Below, piece after piece: positions 19,041-28,532 of a stretch of 64,000 nucleotides of DNA (position 1 is its first letter; each line of letters starts with the position of its first letter). The notes beneath the pieces are model-generated. The model did no database searches and was not told where the DNA came from. It saw nothing but the letters and a program-made list of their open reading frames with translations. A program made the translations under genes and the position numbers. Source of the stretch: Bdellovibrionales bacterium (GTDB taxonomy: Bacteria > Bdellovibrionota > Bdellovibrionia > Bdellovibrionales > UBA1609); NCBI GenBank assembly GCA_965261545.1, contig CBDHDF010000002.1:672001-736000 (forward strand), written 5' to 3'.

Positions 19041-20420
19041 CTAGCTTTTATCCCCCCATCCTATCCGGGATCCTGGAGCCTCGAATGAAAGGTTTTTTGC
19101 TGCCTTTTTGTAAGCATGGTTGGTCAGGAACTTGCAGATACGCGGGTCAGTTAGGATATGTTTCTTTTTAATCGGCACTTTCAGCCTCATTCCTTCAAAT
19201 GAGGTACAACGGCTTAACGCCACGTAGGTTTGACCACTGGCAAAAGTGCCATACCCAAGATCAATGACAACTCGATCAAAGGTTTTTCCCTGGCTTTTAT
19301 GGATCGTAACGGCCCATGCCAGCCGGAAAGGATATTGGGTGAAGCTACCTATAGGTTCTGAAACAATTGCTCCGTTTTTGAGTGAGAATTTATACACCTC
19401 CCACGTAAAGGGATAGACCGATACCCGTTTGTGACTATCATGCAACTGCACACATAGGTATTCTTCACCCCCATCGCGTTTACTAGCTTCAATGATGCCG
19501 ATACTGCCATTGACCCAGCGGTTTTTCTGATCGTTATTGAGCAGCATAATTTGCGCACCCACCTTATACCGTAGATCGGTGACAGTGGGATAATACTCTT
19601 TGCCCACATCACCGCATACCTTGGCCCCATGCTTGTGGAGCCTGCCAGCCAAGGCATTCAACTGAGCCGCATTGATTTCATCGGCTTTCTTGTTGGTTGT
19701 GGTCAAGTTGATGGAGAAATTTTCATTTGCTGATGGGGTTGCATCGGGCGAATGGCGTTGGTTCAGCTCTTCAATATCTCTATCCTCAACTGAATTATTG
19801 CGGATTTTATTCAGCAGGCTGACAAACTGTTCATTCTTCTGACGATAGACAGTTTCAAGTTCTACAACGTCTAGTACTACAGGCTCCAAGGCTTTGGCAC
19901 TGAAGAAATAAGGCGTTGCATAATGGTTGCGGAAAATGTTTTGTTCATCACGACTTACCACTGGTGGCAACTGATACAGATCACCGACAAACACCATCTG
20001 TATGCCACCAAAAGGCTGTGATGCATTCGGCCCATACATGCGTAAAAACACATCAATACAATCCAGCATATCCGCTCGCAACATCGACGCTTCATCAATG
20101 ATAATGGTTTTCAGTTTTCGATATAGTTTCGGATCGCGCGGGCGCGTGCCTTTGTTACGAATTTTCTCCAGCGTGACATCGATATAAAAGTTGAAAAAAC
20201 GATGAATGGTTTGCCCTTTCACATTCAGCGCTGCGACGCCAGTTGGCGCCAACACCACTGGTTTTTTCTTTGTGCTATTGCAGAAATAATCCAGCAGGGT
20301 TGATTTGCCTGTTCCCGCCTTACCGGTGATGAATAGATGCTGCCCATTCTCTTCCAGCAACTGCAGCGCCTGTTTGAATTGTGGGTTTAGGTCCAGTTTC
20401 ACCTTCGCTTTCACTTTCAC
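19041..20420 (-). CDS. PIF1/RecD-like SF1B helicase (AAA ATPase); C-terminus possibly truncated
   Basis: ITGKAGTGKS, LAPTGVAA, IIDEASM, GDLYQLPPV, QYPFRLAWAVTIHKSQG, GQTYVALSR. GTG start overlaps the upstream stop (GTGA). Confidence 0.92.
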   Translation of the reverse strand: MKVKAKVKLDLNPQFKQALQLLEENGQHLFITGKAGTGKSTLLDYFCNSTKKKPVVLAPTGVAALNVKGQTIHRFFNFYIDVTLEKIRNKGTRPRDPKLYRKLKTIIIDEASMLRADMLDCIDVFLRMYGPNASQPFGGIQMVFVGDLYQLPPVVSRDEQNIFRNHYATPYFFSAKALEPVVLDVVELETVYRQKNEQFVSLLNKIRNNSVEDRDIEELNQRHSPDATPSANENFSINLTTTNKKADEINAAQLNALAGRLHKHGAKVCGDVGKEYYPTVTDLRYKVGAQIMLLNNDQKNRWVNGSIGIIEASKRDGGEEYLCVQLHDSHKRVSVYPFTWEVYKFSLKNGAIVSEPIGSFTQYPFRLAWAVTIHKSQGKTFDRVVIDLGYGTFASGQTYVALSRCTSFEGMRLKVPIKKKHILTDPRICKFLTNHAYKKAAKNLSFEAPGSRIGWGDKS

Positions 20421-23400
20421 CTGACCTCCATAACAGTGTTCATAACAGTGTGTTGTGCATACTCATCCAAGCAGCAGAAGGTGTTGACCAGTTTCATCTG
20501 TTCGACTGTGTTGCAAGGGGTTTCCAGCAGCTTTGGATTGGCGACGACAACGGCCAGACATTGTGCGCGGGAGATTGCAACATTCAGTCGGTTTTTACTG
20601 TACAGGAATTCGATGTTACGGGGTAGGTCTTTGGCGCTGGATGTAACCATGGAGATCAGCACAATCGGTGCTTCTTGTCCTTGGAATTTATCAACTGTTC
20701 CAATCTTGGCGGTGTCTGGCAGGATGGAGCGTAGGTAGTTCACCTGTACGTTATAGGGTGTGACCACCAGAATATCGTCTTCGGTGATTGGGTGGGTGGT
20801 GCCGTCTCGATCGGTAAAGGGCTGGCCAAGCAATGCCTGATATTTCGCTTTGATGATTTCACCTTCTTCCACGCTCTTTTGTGAGCAGCCCTCATGGTCC
20901 GACGGGATCATCACAATGCCCTCATTGGGCAGGTCAATACCTTGTTGTTGCAGGTTAAGACTGCGTTCAGAGGTGCTTTCATGAGCCGTTAGGCGGCCAT
21001 CATAGAAAACATTGGAAATAAATTGGCAGATACTCGGACACATGCGTCGTGTTTTCTCAAGAAAAATTCCTCGTTCGGCAGGAATGGTTGAATGATCACC
21101 TAGGAGAAACTCCAACACCGATAATCCAGCCTCCCCCGGATGGATGCCTTGAATGGGCTGGCCCAGTTGCATCTGGTCGCCTACCAAAATAATGTTCTTG
21201 GTGGACGTTGCCATTGCCACAACATTGGCGGTGGCAACTTGTCCAGCCTCGTCAATGAACAGGTAGTCCAGTTGACCATCAAAATGCGGATTGGCGAAAG
21301 TCCAAGCCGTCCCAGCAAACAGATCTGCATCGAGGCTCATATCCTCAGTCTTGGTCTTCGAAAGGATGAATGAACCATCATAGAAGGTTTCCCTATTACC
21401 ACCGCTGGCTTTCTTCAGCCCGTGGAAATGGACGTCTTTTTCAGCGGCGATACTTTCAACTTTTTTTAGCAAGTTATGAATGGCCTTGTGGGAGTTGGAC
21501 GTGATACCGATTTTCTTCCTACGCTTGATCAAGTCCACAATGATATGGCTGCTGGTATAGGTCTTCCCAGCACCCGGAGGACCTTGGATAAAGAGATAGC
21601 TGTGATCCAACGCTGCGATCGCCTTTAATGCATCATCTTGTAAATCATCGGATGTGATGATGTCCTTACCCACCTGCTTGCCTTGGATGCGTGGGATATT
21701 TCGTGCCAGCAATTCTGTGGCAGCATGGGTATTTTCAGGTGCTTCCAGCACATGGTCTGCATAACGATAAATGGCCGCGCGAATGATTTTGCTGTCGATA
21801 GGTCCTGGAGGTCCGATAGACAGGCTCTCTGGCAGTGGGTCTCTCTTGGCCCCACGCTTGATTTTTACGGTGCCTTCATCAATCTCAGCAATGGTGCCTG
21901 CGCTTTCCATGGAAGCAATGTTAAAAGCTTGCGAACCGACCTTTAGTTTGTATTCCTGTGATGGAAAGCGATAGGTATAAATGAGCGAGCGCTTTTCAGG
22001 TTCAGGAGTACCCATCTGCTGCAAGCCACCAAGGCATTCGGTGTCATCAATCAACTCATCTTCAAATTTGTTCTGGCGTTCAAAGTGGCTCCACCATTGG
22101 GGCTTGGCCTCCCGGTTATGAAACTCCAGCAAATGGGCAAGACGCTCATTGCTTGGTGGTGGATTCTCTCCAGTGATGCCCAGGCGATTTTGGTAGTCCT
22201 CGTACTCGATTTCCCAATTCTTGCGCTGAAGTTCTTCTTCCTCTGCATGTTCTGGCAAACTCTTAAACCATGGTGCATCATCGGGTTTGAAAGTCAGCAG
22301 CCAATCACGCAGTAGATGTGTGGATACACAATCCACCTCATTGTAATCGGCAATCTTTTCCAGTAACTCATCTGTGCCGGTTTCGCGCCACTCGTTATAA
22401 ACAATGATGCTATCGGCAGCAGTGGCCACCGCATTGTCCCGTTTGCCCATATAGAAGGTTTCAAGATCCTTAATGGAGTAACCAGGCTCAGAGATACGAA
22501 TGCTCTCGCGGACGACCAGATACAGATCGATGAATTTCTGGTTGCGTAACAGGTTGTCCAACTGCTCTTCGCATACGGCATAACGACAGGCCAAGCGTTT
22601 GAGTGCCGTCGTCTCATAATGATTATAGTGATAAATATGGGCGTGGGGGTGTTCTTTCAGGTGGTTAGCCAGAAACACCATAAAGTGTTTGAAAGTTTCT
22701 TTTTCTTCCTTATGGTTATGCGCCCAGAATGGCTTGAAAATCTTTTCGCCGCTCTTTTTGCTACTTTTGAGATAGTAGACCCCAAACAGATATTCCAAGC
22801 CGTTTGGATAGAGCGGATCACCCTCCATATCAAAGAACAGGTCACCATCATCCGGCACTGGCATACGAGTGAATCCCTTACCCATTGAAAAAGGAATGAT
22901 CTCGCACTTGTTTTCGCCAGTTGTTGCTTTGTGCTGTTGAAGTACCGCCTGAGAATGCAAGCGCAGGAACACATCACGGCTCAAATTAGAGATTTTGGTA
23001 TCTGGGGAAGTTGTAGCCAAATCGGCCACCGTCCGTATACCTGCCTTGCGGAGCTTGTCCATTTGTGAGCGCTGGATATTCGCCACAAGGCTGAGATGAT
23101 TGTCAGCCTCCCACTGAGCTTTACAGCCATCACGCCACTGGCAGAAATTACAGTGGCCGCAAGGATCAGAATAGGATTCAGTAGGCAAGTTCTGGATATA
23201 GTTTTCAAAACGGCCCTTGGCGCGGGTGTAGTAATAGAAGAAATCAGCCACCCGGAAGCTGTGTTTTTCGCCATCCCCTAAAAACAGATGCATGTTCGCC
23301 GGACGCAAATCCTGCAACTTGGTCAAAATCTCGGAATAGACACACAGTTGCATGATGTTTTTAGGCTCGGCAGTCCGCGCCAGTTTGGTATCCAGAACCT

Positions 23401-23788
23401 CGTAGCTGAAATTGCCCAAACCGGAGGGCGTATCGCATTTGATCAGGAAGTCAGCATCACCCCGCCATGGGGCCTCAAAAAATACAGCCTGATAGATCAC
23501 ATCTGCGCCGGACTTTATAGCATCGAGCGCTAAGGCTGCCCGATCTTGCAAATTGCGGTCTTTGGGAATTTCAATGACGGTTTTGCCTTCATCCTTCAGG
23601 TGCTGCAGGTAGGCTGCCTCATGTTCCAAACCTTTCTTCTGCAATAGTTGGCCGGTCGTGCTGGCCCCTGTAGTTTCCATATCTTCGCTCAGAGCTTTGA
23701 CATCAAGAAAGCTCGCATGGTGACACCCCAAGAAGGTGACCAAGTCCGAAGGTGAGTAGAGAATCTGTTTGTCACCGTATTGCTGCAT
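20417..23788 (-). CDS. TM0106-family RecB-like nuclease / RNase H-like / Upf1-DNA2-type SF1 helicase fusion
   Basis: SPSDL...C, GDADFL, DTKLAR, QLCVYS, C..C.W...C; FFDMEGDP, YNEVDCVST; QGPPGAGKT, IDEAGQ, GDQMQL, TVDKFQGQEA, NRLNVAISRA. Confidence 0.92.
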   Translation of the reverse strand: MQQYGDKQILYSPSDLVTFLGCHHASFLDVKALSEDMETTGASTTGQLLQKKGLEHEAAYLQHLKDEGKTVIEIPKDRNLQDRAALALDAIKSGADVIYQAVFFEAPWRGDADFLIKCDTPSGLGNFSYEVLDTKLARTAEPKNIMQLCVYSEILTKLQDLRPANMHLFLGDGEKHSFRVADFFYYYTRAKGRFENYIQNLPTESYSDPCGHCNFCQWRDGCKAQWEADNHLSLVANIQRSQMDKLRKAGIRTVADLATTSPDTKISNLSRDVFLRLHSQAVLQQHKATTGENKCEIIPFSMGKGFTRMPVPDDGDLFFDMEGDPLYPNGLEYLFGVYYLKSSKKSGEKIFKPFWAHNHKEEKETFKHFMVFLANHLKEHPHAHIYHYNHYETTALKRLACRYAVCEEQLDNLLRNQKFIDLYLVVRESIRISEPGYSIKDLETFYMGKRDNAVATAADSIIVYNEWRETGTDELLEKIADYNEVDCVSTHLLRDWLLTFKPDDAPWFKSLPEHAEEEELQRKNWEIEYEDYQNRLGITGENPPPSNERLAHLLEFHNREAKPQWWSHFERQNKFEDELIDDTECLGGLQQMGTPEPEKRSLIYTYRFPSQEYKLKVGSQAFNIASMESAGTIAEIDEGTVKIKRGAKRDPLPESLSIGPPGPIDSKIIRAAIYRYADHVLEAPENTHAATELLARNIPRIQGKQVGKDIITSDDLQDDALKAIAALDHSYLFIQGPPGAGKTYTSSHIIVDLIKRRKKIGITSNSHKAIHNLLKKVESIAAEKDVHFHGLKKASGGNRETFYDGSFILSKTKTEDMSLDADLFAGTAWTFANPHFDGQLDYLFIDEAGQVATANVVAMATSTKNIILVGDQMQLGQPIQGIHPGEAGLSVLEFLLGDHSTIPAERGIFLEKTRRMCPSICQFISNVFYDGRLTAHESTSERSLNLQQQGIDLPNEGIVMIPSDHEGCSQKSVEEGEIIKAKYQALLGQPFTDRDGTTHPITEDDILVVTPYNVQVNYLRSILPDTAKIGTVDKFQGQEAPIVLISMVTSSAKDLPRNIEFLYSKNRLNVAISRAQCLAVVVANPKLLETPCNTVEQMKLVNTFCCLDEYAQHTVMNTVMEVR

Positions 23789-23808
23789 CAACAAAAAACC
23801 TTTATATT

Positions 23809-24522
23809 TTATCTGTCATGGGCCTTCACAGCCTTGACGATATCTTCAAGGGAATGTTGTTCATGCATTAAAACCCCCTTGGCTTGGTAGTAGGATTTAG
23901 AAAATGTATCTCCCAATGACCTGATCAAGCACTCCACAAAGGCACTGCCTTGGGGAATATCCTTCACAAGATCACGGTTAATATCAATCTCAATACCTTT
24001 GCCCTGGCTGAAAACTTTGACAAGGTGCTTGGAGGTGCCGCCATATTTGCACTTCAAGCCTTCTTTAAACTCTTCCTTGATAAATCCGTACTCCATTTTC
24101 TGAGACAATTCATCAAAAATTTTCGCTCTTTCAAATTGTTCCCATGTCTTTCTTCGAATCTCTTGACTGGGGGTCAAATCAGAAGCTCTGCGTTGAAGCC
24201 AAATCTTTGTGTATTCGTTCAACCGATTCACATGAGTTTGAATCAAGTAATTGTTTTGATACTTGTCTCCGAGATCCCCTCGACGGGCTTTAATCTCCCA
24301 TCTGTCGATAATCTCTCGCCAAGTCAACCCGCGACCTTCAATCTTTGCAATCTGCTCGATCACTTCTGTGAAAAGAGCTTTTTCAAGTTTTTGAGCCTCC
24401 CGAAAAGAAACAATTTTCTTTCTCTTACGTTGAAGTCTCAAATTTTTATCCTCTTTTCCTTTTGCTTGAACATAAACACAATAAAATTCTCTACCATTTT
24501 CTTTGTATGTACTAACTGCCAT
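23809..24522 (-). pseudogene. Chimeric ORF: N-terminal arm of a tyrosine integrase fused (~24170) to an unrelated C-terminal fragment
   Basis: N-terminus resembles phage-integrase arm/core-binding regions and follows an excisionase-like gene with SD AAAGGAGG; no R-HxxR-Y catalytic domain present. Confidence 0.55.
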
Positions 24523-24812
24523 AACAATAACCTCCTTTAATAAGTGAGGTTTCAATCAAGGCATCCAGTTCATTCCTCTTAAAAAGTAGAGTCTTCGACG
24601 AAATTTTCTAGCCTTAAGAATCTTTTATGAACCATGATTCTTAAAGCATTGGCACTTTTACGCAAATACCGAGCCGCTTCTTCTGTCGTCATCCATATTA
24701 AATTTTCAAAGAACATATCAGAGTCACACACCTCAAGGTTAGCACTCTGATCACTGCCAAACACTTTCTGACAGGTACTTTTAACCATATCAAATACTCC
24801 TTTCTCAGGCAA
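24512..24812 (-). pseudogene. Excisionase-like HTH gene with two frameshifts
   Basis: LIWMTTEEAARYLRKSANALRIMVHK continues in shifted frames as ARKFRRRLYF and then KRNELDALIETS, ending over the integrase start. Confidence 0.7.
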
Positions 24813-25015
24813 GCGTTGTCCTAAGAATTTGTTAGTTTTTTAAATTTTTTTTGAGGTTTTTTTCTACTTTTAAGCTTGTTGTAAGTCATCTCTGCCCCTG
24901 GTGACATCATCAAATGATTGGTGGAAGCTTAAAATTGAGGCTTTGAGGGCTATCGACTTCTGATGGAGGTTTGAATTGGACAACTGCCTGGCCCGAGGGG
25001 TTTAGAGGAACATTA

Positions 25016-25915
25016 TTATAGATACAGTTTTTCCTTGAGATCTTGATATTGTTCTTCATGTTTTTTGGGGTTAGTAGCTTTTAGTTTTTTCAGATTTTGA
25101 ATTTTCCATTTTACAGCTGGAAAATGTTCAAAATTATAAATACTCCAATCTGGACTTATCCCTTTTATGCTTAGGAGAAAGGATTTGTCTTGATCGGTCA
25201 ACGTACTTTTAATCTCCTTAATTAAATTTTCCCGAGTTTGTTCAAAATCATTATAGGAAAATTTTTCTTCACTCATCCCAATGAAATGGTTTTCCATAGT
25301 CTTGCGTTGGTCTTGTAAGCTAGGTGAGATAAGTTCGTTCATTGGACGGTTACTACACAGTAAGCACAATAAGAAACCTCTGCGAACTTCATAAGAGAAT
25401 CCTTGATTTTTAAGAAGATATTTCACGTCAAACAAGTCCCTAGGATGCTGCCGATCTAGTGCTGCACAAATTTTTCCTCCATAAAGTTGACCTATTGGCA
25501 CAACGGGCATGGATACAAAGGCATCAAAGTCCGATTGTACCTTATCACATAAAAACATCTTTTTGGGGGGCGAAAATGTACCACGCATGACAAGGTTGAC
25601 CTCTAGTTTTACCTGTACATGATTCAAAGAAATAAGAAGCTTTCCTTTATTATTATGGATAATGTGGGAGCCCCTAATTATTTTTTCTGTCTTATCTTTA
25701 ATCCTCTCCAGTGCTACACTGATACGAGCTAGAGTTATTGTTCTATTTTCAATGGGCAAATAGGTAAGATCAATATCCACTGACATTCTTGGCATATTAA
25801 GTACAAAAAGATTGATCGCTGTCCCACCATGCAAGGCAAAGCAACTCTCCTTTGTAAGCCCTGAGAGAACATCAATTAACAATCGAACTTGATCTTTATA
25901 TCTCTGGTTCTTCAT
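25016..25915 (-). CDS. abiEii: AbiEii-family nucleotidyltransferase toxin (type IV TA)
   Basis: FALHGGTAINL...PRMSVDIDL, GKICAALDRQHPRDLFD. Confidence 0.93.
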   Translation of the reverse strand: MKNQRYKDQVRLLIDVLSGLTKESCFALHGGTAINLFVLNMPRMSVDIDLTYLPIENRTITLARISVALERIKDKTEKIIRGSHIIHNNKGKLLISLNHVQVKLEVNLVMRGTFSPPKKMFLCDKVQSDFDAFVSMPVVPIGQLYGGKICAALDRQHPRDLFDVKYLLKNQGFSYEVRRGFLLCLLCSNRPMNELISPSLQDQRKTMENHFIGMSEEKFSYNDFEQTRENLIKEIKSTLTDQDKSFLLSIKGISPDWSIYNFEHFPAVKWKIQNLKKLKATNPKKHEEQYQDLKEKLYL

Positions 25916-26678
25916 TTTTCTCAAATTCTTTTGGAACAGTTATTTTGTATTTACCTATGTAAACACCTTTTTTGACAAGACTTCTTTTCCCAGACCCTAA
26001 ATCCACTTTCCTCAAATTAAGAGAGTCTAGCCATTGGTGATTAAATTTCTCGGCTAAATATAAAAATAACCTCTTAACTTTTATAGATGAGCAATTTTCT
26101 AATAGTACCTGTACTGATTTGGGGCGCAGACTATTAAGTCCTTCCATCAACTCATAACATTCAAAAAGCTCTTGGTACTTAGGTGCAAGAAAGAGACACT
26201 CCATGATAGCACGAGCCGGACTGGATACTTTAATTGAGAAACCCTTTTCCTCTAAACTTTTCAAACCCATATCCACTGGCAAAAATGATGTTGCATAATA
26301 ATCAACCTTCAGTTTCCATCTATAATTCTTGAACCATTCTGGCAACCTCTCTTGACTCCCTCCAAAAAGAACAACCCGACCAGCAGACATCTCTATATAA
26401 TGACCTCTCCCTTGAAGGGATAGGGCTGTTCGTCCACCTATATGCACCGATAAGCCTGCTTGGTTTTGAAGGGCATATATTCCACCAGGATAATCCACAG
26501 AGTCGCCTGAGCGAATCATCGCCCCGAAACCTATGGACTCAAGCCAGTCACTTTTTTTGTACCTTTTCTGGAGGTCTAAGCTGTACCCCTTTTGAACAAG
26601 CCATGAGGACAACATGACTGTTCCATGGGGGGTTGTACTCAACAAATAGTTTATTTTTGTCTTCTTTTTGGTACTCAT
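25896..26678 (-). CDS. abiEi: AbiEi-family antitoxin / transcriptional regulator (type IV TA)
   Basis: KINYLL...G, HIGGRTALSLQG, SSPARAIMECL, LLENCSSIKVKRLFLY, DLGSGKR; directly upstream of and overlapping abiEii. Confidence 0.92.
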   Translation of the reverse strand: MSTKKKTKINYLLSTTPHGTVMLSSWLVQKGYSLDLQKRYKKSDWLESIGFGAMIRSGDSVDYPGGIYALQNQAGLSVHIGGRTALSLQGRGHYIEMSAGRVVLFGGSQERLPEWFKNYRWKLKVDYYATSFLPVDMGLKSLEEKGFSIKVSSPARAIMECLFLAPKYQELFECYELMEGLNSLRPKSVQVLLENCSSIKVKRLFLYLAEKFNHQWLDSLNLRKVDLGSGKRSLVKKGVYIGKYKITVPKEFEKNEEPEI

Positions 26679-26793
26679 AATACCAAAATATCATAAAATA
26701 TGAACTATGACAAGGCCAATAGTTTATTTTAAATTATAAAAAGGTACTGTAAGTACCTTAAAAATGAAAAATATAAACTCTCCTTTGATCTTA

Positions 26794-27125
26794 TCAACCA
26801 CTATCGGCTAAAGCCGATAGTTTGGAAAAACGCTTGCAAAGCAGATTATAGCGTAAACGCCTTCGTATCAGAACTCACTTACTCTTAAAGTCCACTTTTT
26901 TTGTGATGCTCTTCTTGTTTCTATATCCTTTTTGCGTCTTCTCCATTTACATTGTACAGAATTAAGTACCCCCCAAAATATTGGCTCCGCTCTCTTTCTC
27001 TTTGTATGCTCCTACTATAGCACTTCAAATTATAGAAACTATGTGATCCTTTACAGTATCCTGGCAGAAGGATACTAAAGTTTTCGCCTAAAGGCGAGGG
27101 TGTCAACCCTCCCCAGCGGCTACAT
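26794..27125 (-). mobile_element. IS200/IS605-family internally deleted remnant (MITE-like)
   Basis: End hairpins ACTATCGGC-TAAA-GCCGATAGT (26800-26821), AGTATCCT..AGGATACT and TCGCC-TAAA-GGCGA (27055-27097). Residual TnpA-like peptides GSHSFYNLK (N-term) and GY...NV...KQEEHHKK (C-term). Confidence 0.7.
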
Positions 27126-27361
27126 GAAAATGACACTTCACCTGCAAATGGAACTCTAAATTAGCCTAGATGACTGGTGCTCCTTGTTGATTAAATTTTG
27201 GTTCTTTCCAAACCTAATTTAATCAAACTTGTGGCATCTTGGATATTTTTTTCTAAAAACCTTGATTTTATCGGTGTTTCACGGTGCCAAGGGTCCAAAA
27301 CAATTTACTGTAGCTAATTTTAAGAAAATTAACTCATTTTCGTGACGAATTCAAGTACTTA

Positions 27362-27511
27362 GGATCTGTTAAAAAATAACTTAGACATTTTCAGATTTTT
27401 TTGTTAAAATTTATGAGTGATATCAGACAAGGATCGTCGCTTAAGGCTAAATCTCTCTGAAACTTTTCATTTATTAAATGAAAAGCAAAAAAGAATTTTA
27501 GCAGGATCAGA
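27362..27511 (+). mobile_element. Left-end fragment of an ISAzo13-like element, cut by the IS256 partial copy
   Basis: GGATCTGTTAAAAAATAACTT end followed by frame VISDKDRRLRLNLSETFHLLNEKQKRILAGSE, resembling the ISAzo13 L[DN]E[RK]Q[RK]R..A..EA N-terminal motif. Confidence 0.6.
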
Positions 27512-28302
27512 GGGACTGTAAAAATAATTGTGTAACTGCAATTTTTTTCTTAAATCTTAAAGCCACTTATGTGGCTCCACTCCTGGTAAAAAGCACAGCT
27601 CCATATTATTCGTCAATGTATAATTGACATTTGTTCCTTCAAGCGATTTTGTCAGTCACAATGCATTATAAGTTAATGGGGAGATGGAGCCGTAATGGGA
27701 TCATATCAGAACTGGAAAGAACTCAAATAAATAATTATCATCTTGGTTGGAAAAAAATCAGCAATGGTTCTCTCAAAAAAATGGAAATTCCAATCTCATC
27801 AAAGGGTTCATGTGTTTAGGTTCCCATACTATATTACCCCCTTTTTTTTATTTTTTTTAACTTAGGATATTCGAGAAATACCAGCATTGGGATGAAATAT
27901 GAAAAAAAATGGAAACCCAAATCTGCACCAAGAGGGCATGTATTTAGGTTCCCATACTATATTACCCTAACCATAGTCTCGGTATTCCAGTACTTCTGTC
28001 AACGCCTTAGAGGGGCTTTTAAGCCCCCTTATAAGGCAGGTGGTGGACCTTATTAAAAAACTTAGTTGTCAAAACGGTCACCGTATTCAATGGCAAACCT
28101 GTTCATGGCTGGCTTCCAGTTGTGTAATGGTCGTGTCCATCGCTTAGAGGCCATTTTTATCGCTAAATATACAACTTTTAAAGCCGACCGATCACTGGGA
28201 AATATCTTACGATTTCTGATCGCCTTGCGGATCACGCTATTTAACGACTCTATGGCGTTTGTGGTATAAAAAATCTTTCTGATTTCATCCGGATAATCGA
28301 AA
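27512..28302 (-). mobile_element. Truncated, diverged copy of the IS256-family element (right IR, tail, last ~80 transposase codons)
   Basis: Near-identical to the start of copy 2 (from 51981) apart from a few substitutions and a 63-bp deletion at ~27684. Confidence 0.93.
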
Positions 28303-28391
28303 GATGTCAAAACTTTATCGAATATTATTGAGATCATAACAAGTTATAAATTAGATTTAGATTGTTTAGTTATGGATAAGGGTTTTTCGTA
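28303..28391 (+). pseudogene. Internal fragment of a second, diverged IS1634-family transposase
   Basis: DVKTLSNIIEIITSYKLDLDCLVMDKGFS* aligns with DVTTLRNVTDLVGRYKLNLDILVMDKGFYS of the 17145-18728 transposase. Confidence 0.8.
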
Positions 28392-28532
28392 ACATTCATG
28401 GGGGCGCCTTGCTTTCCCACCCACGCTCGCCCATGAGTCTTTTATAGATTCCCTACTCTTCATGCAAAGAGTTTGAAATGCCACGAAGCACAAATGAGTT
28501 CCGTGGAACAATTTTGCTTTCATCTTCACGCC

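Noticed and set aside
27255..27300. Possible tRNA-derived att site of the island
   Set aside because: Only vague resemblance; no tRNA and no matching direct repeat at the other island end
28062..28337. 91-aa ORF as an independent gene
   Set aside because: It is the IS256 transposase C-terminus fused to the antisense of an IS1634 fragment
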